A stretch of DNA of 64,000 nucleotides from Candidatus Latescibacterota bacterium. GTDB taxonomy: Bacteria > Latescibacterota > UBA2968 > UBA8231. This document shows, in pieces, positions 36,597 through 44,864 of the stretch. A model generated the notes under the pieces. That model made no database searches. It was not told the origin of the DNA and saw nothing but the letters and a program-made list of their open reading frames with translations. The translations under genes were made by a program, and so were the position numbers. Within the stretch, counting starts at the first letter, position 1, and each line of letters begins with the position of its first letter. The stretch covers positions 62,687 through 126,686 of the forward strand of contig JAJEIO010000048.1 in NCBI GenBank assembly GCA_022827835.1, given 5' to 3'.

Positions 36597-36663
36597 TTTT
36601 TTATTTTTTCGGTTCACATAGTCGCGCTTTGTGGATCATATAGGACAAATCGCTACCGGTCGG
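36597..36663 (+). promoter_or_regulatory. conserved intergenic element, copy B (candidate promoter/leader)
   Basis: T-rich tract followed by CGGTTCACATAGTCGCGCTTTGTGGATCATATAGGACAAATCGCTACCGGTCGG. The core begins 97 nt upstream of the ATG at 36707. Confidence 0.4.
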
Positions 36664-36706
36664 GCGGAAACGCACACGACCTACATGCTAAACAGGAGCG
36701 TGGATC

Positions 36707-37819
36707 ATGTTGAATCGAACGATTATTGTCACAACAGCAGTGGCCCTACTGCTCGGCCTGCGAGCGAGCGCCGCCGAGATTTCTTGGAGTGAGCAGCGTG
36801 ACCTTGACCACGGGCGCATCGAAGCGTGGATTGAAGACGGTTGGCTGCACGCCCGGCGGGTAGAAGGCTCCGACGATTTGGTCTGGCACGTGGTGCTGGG
36901 CCAAGTGGAAGAGGGAGCAGTGCCCACCATAGAGGGCGGCTCAACCGCCGAAGTGCGCCATCCCAACGGCCGCTACTTCGTGCGCGACATCTCCAACCAG
37001 CGGCTCAATTGCGTTCGCCAGAAGCTGGCGGAGGGCGAGTTTGCCGGAATCGACACGACCTTCTTGGCTAGCTCACAAAATCAGGGCTGGGGCATGGGAA
37101 ATGATCTGGGCATTGCCCGCAAAAAGCTAGATAACTACGAGTGGGTGTTATTGGGGCCAGCGCAGGCGCATATAGTCGAGGAGGAGGAGCAGTTTCACCT
37201 TGAGATCGCCCCCAACGCCGTGTTGCGCATGACTCCCACACTACAGGATGGAAGGCACGCGCAATTTAGAACCTCGGGCGCAGGCATGATCGACTACTCC
37301 TACGGCAAGGCGGAACTAAGCGACGACGGGGAATTTCTCCAAGCGCGCTACGTCGGCATGGAGGAGGCCGAAAGAGCGCTCAACCGCAGCAAGCTCGAAC
37401 AAGGCTCCATGCCCCCCGAATTAGATGCGGAACGCTGGGTCAATCCGATGCCTACTGAGCAGTTAAAAAATATGTCGCAAGCTCCGGTAATTCTCGTCGA
37501 CTTCTGGGCGACGTGGTGCACGCCCTGCGTAGCCCAGATGCCCACCGTGCAGGCTCTATACGATCAGTACGCCGAGCAAGGGTTTATGGTCGTAGCACTT
37601 CACTCGTCACACCAGTCCCAAGACATGGACGATTTCGTCGCCGAACACAGCTACACCATGCCGATCGCACTGGATACGGGCGAGACGTATCGCCGCTTCG
37701 GTGTTGAAGGCATTCCCCAATACGTGCTGATCGGCCGCGACGGTCGTCTCGCCGAGACAGGTCTTTTGGGCAGTGTACCGAGTGCAGAGCAGATCGAAGC
37801 CCTCTTAGCCGCCAACTAA
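36707..37819 (+). CDS. secreted protein with unknown N-terminal domain fused to a C-terminal TlpA/ResA-like thioredoxin domain
   Basis: Signal peptide (IIVTTAVALLLGLRASAA). The C-terminus reads VILVDFWATWCTPCVAQMPTVQALYDQYAEQGFMVVALH...GIPQYVLIGRDGRL, with a WCxxC active site and the cis-Pro context of TlpA-like thiol:disulfide oxidoreductases. Confidence 0.8.
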   Translation: MLNRTIIVTTAVALLLGLRASAAEISWSEQRDLDHGRIEAWIEDGWLHARRVEGSDDLVWHVVLGQVEEGAVPTIEGGSTAEVRHPNGRYFVRDISNQRLNCVRQKLAEGEFAGIDTTFLASSQNQGWGMGNDLGIARKKLDNYEWVLLGPAQAHIVEEEEQFHLEIAPNAVLRMTPTLQDGRHAQFRTSGAGMIDYSYGKAELSDDGEFLQARYVGMEEAERALNRSKLEQGSMPPELDAERWVNPMPTEQLKNMSQAPVILVDFWATWCTPCVAQMPTVQALYDQYAEQGFMVVALHSSHQSQDMDDFVAEHSYTMPIALDTGETYRRFGVEGIPQYVLIGRDGRLAETGLLGSVPSAEQIEALLAAN

Positions 37820-37821
37820 TT

Positions 37822-38322
37822 TTGCGCCAACCAGCCGACATAAGCGCCGAGGCCGTAGAGCACTACGGACGCCTGGTCCTCAAGGTGGCCTATAAGATCG
37901 TCGCCAATGCCGATGAGGCGCAGGAGGTCTTTCAGGAAACCTTCCTGCGCTTCCACGCCGCCTGTGTGCGCGGCGAAATCATCGCTCACCCCAAGGCATG
38001 GCTTTGCCGGGTGGCGACCAACGCGGCCTTTAAAATCCGGCGACATCAACATCGGGAACTGTTATTCGAAGGGGAAGATACCGCGGTAGAAGCCGATGCC
38101 GACAAAGACGCCGAGCGCCACTTGCTCATGGACCGGGTGCGCGACTTGGCCGCTGAATTGCCCGAGCGCCAGCGCATGGTCTTTGCCCTGCGCAACTTTG
38201 AGGGCTGGCCCTTTGCCGAAATCGCCGCGCGACTGGGATGCAGCGAGGAGTCGGCCAGAGCCAGCGAGTACAAAGCCCTTAAAAAGATTCGCGCCCATTT
38301 GGGTGCCGACTACAAGGACTGA
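37822..38322 (+). CDS. ECF-type RNA polymerase sigma factor
   Basis: Region 2: YGRLVLKVAYKIVANADEAQEVFQETFLRFH. Region 4: LPERQRMVFALRNFEGWPFAEIAARLGCSEESARASEYKALKKIR. TTG start as in the track. Confidence 0.85.
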   Translation: MRQPADISAEAVEHYGRLVLKVAYKIVANADEAQEVFQETFLRFHAACVRGEIIAHPKAWLCRVATNAAFKIRRHQHRELLFEGEDTAVEADADKDAERHLLMDRVRDLAAELPERQRMVFALRNFEGWPFAEIAARLGCSEESARASEYKALKKIRAHLGADYKD

Positions 38323-38327
38323 ACGCC

Positions 38328-40004
38328 ATGAACAGAGCCGAATTTGAAAGCAAACTGAGCGACTACGTGCGAGGCGAGCTGTCGGCCGCGGAAGCGCGGC
38401 AGATCGAGACCTACTTGGCCGATCACCCGGAAGCGGCCGACGATTTGGAGGCCGTGCGTTCCGTGCTGGAACTGAGTGCTGACATCGGCACCGCCGAGCC
38501 TCCGGATGCACTCTTCGCGACGGCCCGCGCCAACGCGCTGGAGGCAATCCGCGCAGAGGAGAAGGACGAGCGCAAAACGCAGTCCGCGGCATTTTGGCAG
38601 CGGCTGCCGAGGCCGGTGTACCTGTCGGGGCTGGCCGCCATGCTGGCCGGGGTAGTATTTGGGGTGCTGTGGCAGGGGACCTCTTCGGCGTGGGCCGAGG
38701 TGGTCGCCGAGGTGCGCAAGCTGAACTCCGTGCGCGTGGAGGGCTGGTTTCGTGGAGAAAAGGGAGAACAGGTGCCAGTGCAGCAATGGATCAAGACACC
38801 GCACTTTTTCCGCTCTACAGTCGGCACTGGCGCGGCGCGGCGCGAGGTCGTGGTGACCGATGCCAAAATGCGGATTTACATGGATGGTATCTGGTATGGG
38901 GAAGACCTCGACGCGGAAGGCGCGTGGTCCATAGATAAGGTCGCCGAGCAACTAGCTCTGCCCGAACGCGGGAAGCTAGAACTTCGGAGCTATCAGATTG
39001 AGCGTGAGGATCGAGGGACGACGGTGCTTTTTTCGATTTGGCAACGCTCCTCGCTGGGGAGTAAGACCCCGGCGGATATCCGCTATGAGGTCGAAGTAGA
39101 TGCTCAGACGCGGTTGCCCAACCACTCTCGCGTTTATCTGGATGTGGGCCAAGAAGATTGGGAGTTGGTCAGCGAGTTGAACTATCTGGATTACAATGTA
39201 CCGCTGGCGGACGAGCTTTTCGCGGTCGCAGATGATGCCATCCAGCCGCTTACCGAATCGGTGCGGAACGCCTTGTCGTATGACGAGCAATTCCCCGATC
39301 CCTTTGTGCCTTGGAACAGGACTTTTTACATGCCACTGGACGGCATGGACATCATCGTCCATCCTCCTTCGGATGACCCGAGCAAGGGCATAGGAGGCCT
39401 AGCTTCTTCCACAGCAGGGGGCATTACGCGCTACGAGTTTCACCGCACTCCACTGGCCGAAATCGCGCGGAACCTTGGAGAAATGCCAGTGGAAGTTCCA
39501 GAGCAAAAATTGGCCGAGCAGCGCTACACCACGCGGATTGCCTACAGCCATCGCCTAACTCCCACCGAGCGCATCCAACGCCTCGGTCGCCGCTTTGGTT
39601 TTGTCGCTGACGTGGTAGAGCGACAGGGCACTAGGACGCGCTGGATTTTTACTCAAGATGAATCAGAGTTTCCGACGAACTCGCAAGCAGGAGGCTCTGA
39701 GACCAATGGCTACAATTACTACGCTACGGGGGAGCCGCTCGGGTTTGCGATCCAAGGTATGCTCTTGAACGCCGCGCTCAACGACCTGGTCGAAGGCTAC
39801 GACCAAGACCTCGACGAAATCGAGCTGCAATGGGACGGCGCGGCAGCAGACAATCCCTTTGAGCGCCAAGTAGATATCGACGTTGATTTCTCCGACGGCT
39901 GGGACGTGGCTCTCGATTATTTGCGCGAGCAATTCGGGGTAAAAATGGAGCGCGTATCCGAGCCGATCACCTACGAGGCGTTGGTGCTGCGCCCTTCAAA
40001 GTAA
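38328..40004 (+). CDS. anti-sigma factor (non-zinc ASD, single TM, large periplasmic domain)
   Basis: Immediately follows the ECF gene. The N-terminal anti-sigma-domain pattern FESKLSDYVRGELSAAEARQIETYLADHPEAADDLEAV has the H-x3-C-x2-C positions replaced by H...A..D. TM helix is VYLSGLAAMLAGVVFGVLW, followed by about 440 aa of periplasmic sequence. Confidence 0.6.
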   Translation: MNRAEFESKLSDYVRGELSAAEARQIETYLADHPEAADDLEAVRSVLELSADIGTAEPPDALFATARANALEAIRAEEKDERKTQSAAFWQRLPRPVYLSGLAAMLAGVVFGVLWQGTSSAWAEVVAEVRKLNSVRVEGWFRGEKGEQVPVQQWIKTPHFFRSTVGTGAARREVVVTDAKMRIYMDGIWYGEDLDAEGAWSIDKVAEQLALPERGKLELRSYQIEREDRGTTVLFSIWQRSSLGSKTPADIRYEVEVDAQTRLPNHSRVYLDVGQEDWELVSELNYLDYNVPLADELFAVADDAIQPLTESVRNALSYDEQFPDPFVPWNRTFYMPLDGMDIIVHPPSDDPSKGIGGLASSTAGGITRYEFHRTPLAEIARNLGEMPVEVPEQKLAEQRYTTRIAYSHRLTPTERIQRLGRRFGFVADVVERQGTRTRWIFTQDESEFPTNSQAGGSETNGYNYYATGEPLGFAIQGMLLNAALNDLVEGYDQDLDEIELQWDGAAADNPFERQVDIDVDFSDGWDVALDYLREQFGVKMERVSEPITYEALVLRPSK

Positions 40005-40099
40005 ACCTTCATCGATGTCATCGCGGGCGTCCCATTCGCGTACGGACCTTTAGTAGGGGTCGCGTATGCGGGCGGGACGCCTTTATTTATGCAAACACC

Positions 40100-41434
40100 A
40101 TGGCCTCTGTCCCGAACATCCTCTTTCTCCTGACCGACAACCAGCGCAACGACCTGCTCGGCTGCGCCGGCAACCCAATCATCCAAACCCCGAATCTCGA
40201 CCGGCTTGCCACAAGCGGCGTCCGCTTCGCAAACGCGTTCTGCACCAGTCCGATCTGCTCCGCCAGCCGGGCGAGCTATCTCACCGGCGTCTATGAAAGC
40301 CGCCACCGCTTCACCTTCCTCACACCACCCCTGCAACGCACCTTCACCGACAGTTCCTATCCGGCAGCTCTCAAAAGGGCCGGATACCGCACGGGGCTGA
40401 TCGGCAAGTTCGGCATTGCCGCAAAAGGAATCGAGCCTTCTCTTGAAGACGAGGACGCGCTAAAAAAGATGTTTGACGCGTTCGACAACTACGAACACTG
40501 GACTGAAGACGGATATGAAATCAGACAGCCAGACGGCCGCGTGCACCATCTGACCGACATTACCGGCGACAAAACAATCGACTTCCTCCGCACCCAGCCC
40601 AGCCAGCCATTTTGCCTCTCCGTCAGTTTCAACGCGCCGCACGCGCAGGACAACGACCCGCGCCACTACATCTGGCCGGCTGCTGAAGACCCTCTCTACG
40701 CGGATGCGAAGATACCAGAGCCACTCAACGCCCATCCCGACTTCTTCAGGCGGCTGCCGAAATTCCTGCGCGAGACGGAAAGTCGCGTGCGCTGGCGGGA
40801 CCGCTATGCGACGCCTGAAGACTACCAGCGGAACATGCGCGGACTGTACAGAATGGTCAGCGGCGTCGATCGCAACATCGGCAGAATTCTCGCGGCGTTG
40901 GATCAGCTATCGTTAGCCGCCAACACAATCGTGATCTTCGCCTCGGACCACGGGATGTACTACGGCGATCGCGGGCTTAGCGACTGCTGGCAGTTGAACG
41001 AACAGTCGATCCGCATTCCCCTGATCGTCTTCGATCCACGGGCTGAAGCGGGCAAGCGAGGCGTCGTGCGCGAAGAAATGGCGCTGAATATCGACGTGGC
41101 ACCAACCATCCTCGAACTGGCTGATTTGGACGCCGCGAACGAAATACAGGGAAAATCCCTCGTCCCCCTGCTGCGCGGCAAAGAAGTCGAATGGCGCAAG
41201 GCCTTCTTCTGCGAGCACCGATTCAACCGCGCCGACATTCCCAAGAGCGAAGGCGTGCGCACGCAGCGCTGGAAATACATTCGCTACTACGAGCAACAGC
41301 CCGTCTATGAGGAGCTGTACGACCTGCTCAAAGACCCGCACGAATCCTGCAATCTCGCAGCAAACCCCAAGTCCTCAGATCAGCTCGCACGGCTGAGACG
41401 ACGATGCGACGCAATGTGCGTTGAATGCGCTTAA
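40100..41434 (+). CDS. sulfatase (arylsulfatase A family, Cys-type)
   Basis: PNILFLLTDNQRND...FANAFCTSPICSASRASYLTGVY, a formylglycine motif C-S-A-S-R-x-x-x-L-T-G. Also ...IVIFASDHGMYYGDRGL. No signal peptide evident. Confidence 0.9.
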   Translation: MASVPNILFLLTDNQRNDLLGCAGNPIIQTPNLDRLATSGVRFANAFCTSPICSASRASYLTGVYESRHRFTFLTPPLQRTFTDSSYPAALKRAGYRTGLIGKFGIAAKGIEPSLEDEDALKKMFDAFDNYEHWTEDGYEIRQPDGRVHHLTDITGDKTIDFLRTQPSQPFCLSVSFNAPHAQDNDPRHYIWPAAEDPLYADAKIPEPLNAHPDFFRRLPKFLRETESRVRWRDRYATPEDYQRNMRGLYRMVSGVDRNIGRILAALDQLSLAANTIVIFASDHGMYYGDRGLSDCWQLNEQSIRIPLIVFDPRAEAGKRGVVREEMALNIDVAPTILELADLDAANEIQGKSLVPLLRGKEVEWRKAFFCEHRFNRADIPKSEGVRTQRWKYIRYYEQQPVYEELYDLLKDPHESCNLAANPKSSDQLARLRRRCDAMCVECA

Positions 41435-41437
41435 TAC

Positions 41438-42733
41438 CTACGCGCGCTCGTCTGTCAGGCGTTTGGCGTATTCGCCGCGCGGGATGCGGAAGTACCCCTG
41501 AAAGCATAGCACGCCCGCGGCCGTAATCACGGCGCTACTCAAAAACAGCGCCCGATACCCCAGCGCGTCGATCATCCAACCGCCGCCGAGCGAAATGCCG
41601 GCAATGCTGATGCCGTAGGCCATAGTCAGCGCCGAACTCATGGTCACCCGCCAGCGCTCGGGGACCAGTTCCTGCTGAAAGACAATATAGACCGAGCGGC
41701 GGATCGAGCTGAGGGCGACCAAGGCCATACAGGCGGCTCCGGCCACTGCCCAATGGGCGACCAAGGCCATCGGTATGAGGCACAGCACCATCGCCCCAGC
41801 CCCGGCGGTAATCACCGGCACCCGGCCAAAACGCCGACTGAGCGCAGGAGCAGCCAGCGCAGTACAGGCGGCTAAGAGCTGGCCGGCGGCGGTCAGGCTG
41901 CCGATCAGCGCCGTGGAGACCCCGAGGCCGTCATCCATATAGACATTGAAGAAGATGCGGAGACTGTTTTCCGCAGCCATTTGCAAGAAGGTAACCAAGC
42001 TCAAGGCCAAGACGATAGCTAGGGGAAAAGGAGTCGCCTGACCCCGTTCCCTAGCCGGCGGTTTCTGCGGACGGGAGCGGGTTGCGGCGATAGCACCGGC
42101 GCTGATGAACAGCACGCCAGCGGCCAGCAGCAGCGGATAGCGATAGGGAGCCGGGTGGTCTTCGGGTAGTCCGAGGAGCGCGGAGAACAGGCCGGGCAGC
42201 AGGCCGCCGCACAGACTACCGGCAAAACCCGCCAGCGGCCACAGTGCCACCTGCGTCGAGAACACGTGATTGCGCAGCCGCGGCGGGCAGATCAGCGTCA
42301 GGAAGGGAATCGAGCAGACGAGGAAAAGCGTATTGCCGAGGACGCCGAGGGCATAAGCCCCCATGATCCAATCTAGCTGTACGGAGGAGGGAACGAACTC
42401 GCCGAGGGGCAACAAGCCAAAACCGAGAGCGGCGATCACCATGCCAACGATCATGCTCCGACGCGCCCCCCAGCGGTTAGCCAACATACCCGCGGGCATG
42501 CTCAAAAGAGCAAACGACAATGCGCCAACGGCATTGACTTGGCCGATCAATTGGGGACCATAGCCCAAGCGCAGGAGATAGAGATTGAGCAGGACCGTAT
42601 AGACGCCGCCGAAAATCGTAAAGCCGATCAGAGCTTGGCTAAAGAGCACCAAGCGCACGTCGCGGTTGAAAAGCGGCAGCGCCTCGCGATGAGTGGAAAC
42701 CAATTTCTTTTTTGCTGGAACGGGGGATGGCAA
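41438..42733 (-). CDS. MFS transporter
   Basis: 431 aa with about 12 TM helices. MFS loop motif after TM2 (PAGMLANRWGARRSMIVG) and a duplicated 6+6 organisation. Confidence 0.85.
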   Translation of the reverse strand: MPSPVPAKKKLVSTHREALPLFNRDVRLVLFSQALIGFTIFGGVYTVLLNLYLLRLGYGPQLIGQVNAVGALSFALLSMPAGMLANRWGARRSMIVGMVIAALGFGLLPLGEFVPSSVQLDWIMGAYALGVLGNTLFLVCSIPFLTLICPPRLRNHVFSTQVALWPLAGFAGSLCGGLLPGLFSALLGLPEDHPAPYRYPLLLAAGVLFISAGAIAATRSRPQKPPARERGQATPFPLAIVLALSLVTFLQMAAENSLRIFFNVYMDDGLGVSTALIGSLTAAGQLLAACTALAAPALSRRFGRVPVITAGAGAMVLCLIPMALVAHWAVAGAACMALVALSSIRRSVYIVFQQELVPERWRVTMSSALTMAYGISIAGISLGGGWMIDALGYRALFLSSAVITAAGVLCFQGYFRIPRGEYAKRLTDERA

Positions 42734-42795
42734 TTATGTATGTAGGAAAGTAAATCAACAACTCGCAGCGAAAAAGGCCACGTAGCGGAGGTGGT

Positions 42796-43710
42796 ATGGC
42801 GCGTAGCAGTGCATTCTGGTGCTTTTTGATATGGACACCGGGCGTTCTAGCCCAAGAAATCGTCCAAGTGCAGACGCCGGCCGGCACAATGCACGAGTTG
42901 GCCCGCGTCCCCGCCGGTTATTTTACAATGGGATCGGCCGAGGGACGGGCGGACGAGCAGCCGGTCCACCAAGTCTATCTCGACGAATTCTACATCGACC
43001 GTTTCGAAGTAAATAACGACCAATACGCCGCCTTTTTGAACGACATCGGCGGCAACGCGGATGGGGAAGGGCACCTGCTATTCGATCTGCGCGATGCCGA
43101 CGCACAAATCTACTACCATGAGGAATACGCGCCGATTCCCGGCACCGAGCAGCGGCCAGTCGCCGAGGTCTCGTGGTACGGTGCCCGTGCCTACTGCACT
43201 TGGGCCGGCATGCAGTTGCCGACCGAGGCCATGTGGGAAAAAGCCGCTCGCGGCACCGACGGCCGCATCTATCCCTGGGGCAATTCCATTGACCGCAGCC
43301 GGGCCAACTACGGCAAAGAGGGCTGCTGCCGAGGCGACGACAGCGACGGCTTTTTCGACTCGGCCCCGGTCGGCTCTTATCAGCGCGGGATTTCGCCCTA
43401 TGGGGCCTACGACATGGCGGGCAATGTCTGGGAATGGGTGGTGGATTGGTACGGCGAGGAGTACTACGCACAGAGCACTGAGCGCGATCCGCAGGGGCCG
43501 GATACAGGCATCAGCCGAGTGCTTCGCGGCGGGTCGATGAGCAGCGACCCATATCGCCTGCGCACCACCGACCGCGGCGGGCTGCCGCCTTCAGTGACCT
43601 ACATCATCGTCGGATTTCGCTGCGCTGCGCGCGAGCTTCCCGCCACGGCAGTGCAGTCCGCAAGTTGGGGACAAATCAAGCGCATTACAGAGGAAGGCGA
43701 TGCGCGGTGA
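42796..43710 (+). CDS. formylglycine-generating enzyme family protein (SUMF1/FGE-sulfatase domain)
   Basis: Signal peptide, then VPAGYFTMGS...DEQPVHQVYLDEFYIDRFEVNNDQY, VSWYGARAYCTWAGMQLPTEAMWEKAARG, YDMAGNVWEWVVDWY, RVLRGGS. Confidence 0.9.
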   Translation: MARSSAFWCFLIWTPGVLAQEIVQVQTPAGTMHELARVPAGYFTMGSAEGRADEQPVHQVYLDEFYIDRFEVNNDQYAAFLNDIGGNADGEGHLLFDLRDADAQIYYHEEYAPIPGTEQRPVAEVSWYGARAYCTWAGMQLPTEAMWEKAARGTDGRIYPWGNSIDRSRANYGKEGCCRGDDSDGFFDSAPVGSYQRGISPYGAYDMAGNVWEWVVDWYGEEYYAQSTERDPQGPDTGISRVLRGGSMSSDPYRLRTTDRGGLPPSVTYIIVGFRCAARELPATAVQSASWGQIKRITEEGDAR

Positions 43711-43725
43711 ACCGCACAAATGCAA

Positions 43726-43757
43726 CAGCCCCTCAGCTTGTGCAAGCTGAGGGGCTG
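43726..43757. terminator. 15-bp perfect hairpin between the FGE gene and tRNA-Phe (bidirectional terminator candidate)
   Basis: CAGCCCCTCAGCTTG / CAAGCTGAGGGGCTG. U-tracts are weak on both strands. Confidence 0.5.
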
Positions 43758-43767
43758 GTTATAATAG

Positions 43768-43843
43768 TGGTGGCGCCTCGCGGAATCGAACCGCGGACAC
43801 AGAGATTTTCAGTCTCCTGCTCTACCTACTGAGCTAAAGCGCC
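43768..43843 (-). tRNA. tRNA-Phe (anticodon GAA), CCA encoded
   Basis: Manual fold of GGCGCTT-TA-GCTC-AGTAGGTA-GAGC-A-GGAGA-CTGAAAA-TCTCT-GTGTC-CGCGG-TTCGATT-CCGCG-AGGCGCC-A-CCA. 7-bp acceptor stem (one G-U), GG in the D-loop, TTCGATT T-loop, anticodon loop C-U-GAA-A-A. Confidence 0.93.
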
Positions 43844-43898
43844 ACCAGAAGAAAGACTAAAATTAAAGCCCCCTCATTTGCATTGTCAAGGATGCGCC

Positions 43899-44420
43899 AT
43901 GCCAGTCTCGATCATCCCGTTCAACATGCCCGAACCCGCTGAAATCCCTCCCCACATCGTCGCATCGCTCGAAGCCATGTCTCCAGATGAAGCCGTGATT
44001 CAAGGCATGGATTTGCTGCTGGGCATTGAAGCGGCAGATACCATCGTATATGAGCGCGTCGGCCAAGGAGTGATCCACACGGCCGGCGCAGGAGCCGAGG
44101 TTCTGCAGCGGGTGCTGGAACAAGACGGCGTGTACTCCTTCGCCGATCAGGACGGGGTTGGTCACTCCGCGTTATTGCTAGTGGGGCAGGCCAGCGCCGA
44201 CGAAGAAAGCCCCCTACCAGCAGGAGTGGTGCGCTTCCTCCTAGAGGGGGCTGAATGCGGGTCTATCGGTTTTAGCTACGTGTTGCCTCTCAAGGCCAGC
44301 GACGGTCAGCTATGGGGCGCGTTGACGCTGATTCGCCGCGCGGCGAGCGGGCCGCTCAACCACGAACAGCCCAACCTGTGCGAGGGCATGCGGCGCGTAT
44401 TGAGCCGGATGCGCGCTTAG
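43899..44420 (+). CDS. small GAF-like domain protein (hypothetical)
   Basis: About 173 aa. The pattern ...VYSFADQDGVGHSALLLV...LWGALTLIRRAASGPLNHEQ resembles the C-terminal strands of stand-alone GAF domains. The ATG at 43899 has AAGGA 7 nt upstream. Confidence 0.4.
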   Translation: MPVSIIPFNMPEPAEIPPHIVASLEAMSPDEAVIQGMDLLLGIEAADTIVYERVGQGVIHTAGAGAEVLQRVLEQDGVYSFADQDGVGHSALLLVGQASADEESPLPAGVVRFLLEGAECGSIGFSYVLPLKASDGQLWGALTLIRRAASGPLNHEQPNLCEGMRRVLSRMRA

Positions 44421-44686
44421 GCCGAGACCGGCTCTACTACTCCGTTTTCAAGCATCCAAACCTCAACCTCATCGCCATCGACATCGGCCAGCATCTGGCC
44501 GTTGATCTCGACGCAGGGCGAGAGGGGCTGGCCGCTTTTCTGCACCATCTCAGCGTAAATATCTGGATTGTTGATAATGTCTTTGTCTTCGTATGCCAAG
44601 CCGTATTTGGCGAAGGTCATGCGCACGCTATTGCTCCAGCCGCAAACCGGCTTCAAATAGGCGACGATATGAGGGCTTTCAGCCAT
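44417..44686 (-). CDS. glutaredoxin-family small protein
   Basis: 89 aa. IVAYLKPVCGWSNSVRMTFAKYGLAYEDKDI...LSPCVEINGQML is a Grx fold with a single active-site Cys (CGWS). Its stop overlaps the convergent gene's stop (ttag at 44417-44420). Confidence 0.7.
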   Translation of the reverse strand: MAESPHIVAYLKPVCGWSNSVRMTFAKYGLAYEDKDIINNPDIYAEMVQKSGQPLSPCVEINGQMLADVDGDEVEVWMLENGVVEPVSA

Positions 44687-44778
44687 GATTGGGATTCCTT
44701 TCTGTCGTGATAGAAACGATTTTGCGTTTGGTGGAATATAGAGATGCGCCCCTCTCTGTCAAGCAAAGCATTGAGCGA

Positions 44779-44807
44779 TTGACGAACCGCATACCCAATG
44801 TTACATT
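44779..44807 (+). promoter_or_regulatory. candidate sigma70-type promoter for murA
   Basis: TTGACG (44779-44784), 17-nt spacer, TACATT (44802-44807). Lies about 58 nt upstream of the murA ATG. Confidence 0.3.
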
Positions 44808-44864
44808 TGAAATATCCCCCTCCCCTTGGTGTGTTTGCCCGTCCTCTTAACTTCAGGAGTAGTA

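Noticed and set aside
38062-38951. 176-aa and 213-aa minus-strand ORFs over the ECF sigma/anti-sigma genes
   Set aside because: Antisense to genes with clear sigma region 2/4 and anti-sigma features, with Arg/Pro-rich composition.
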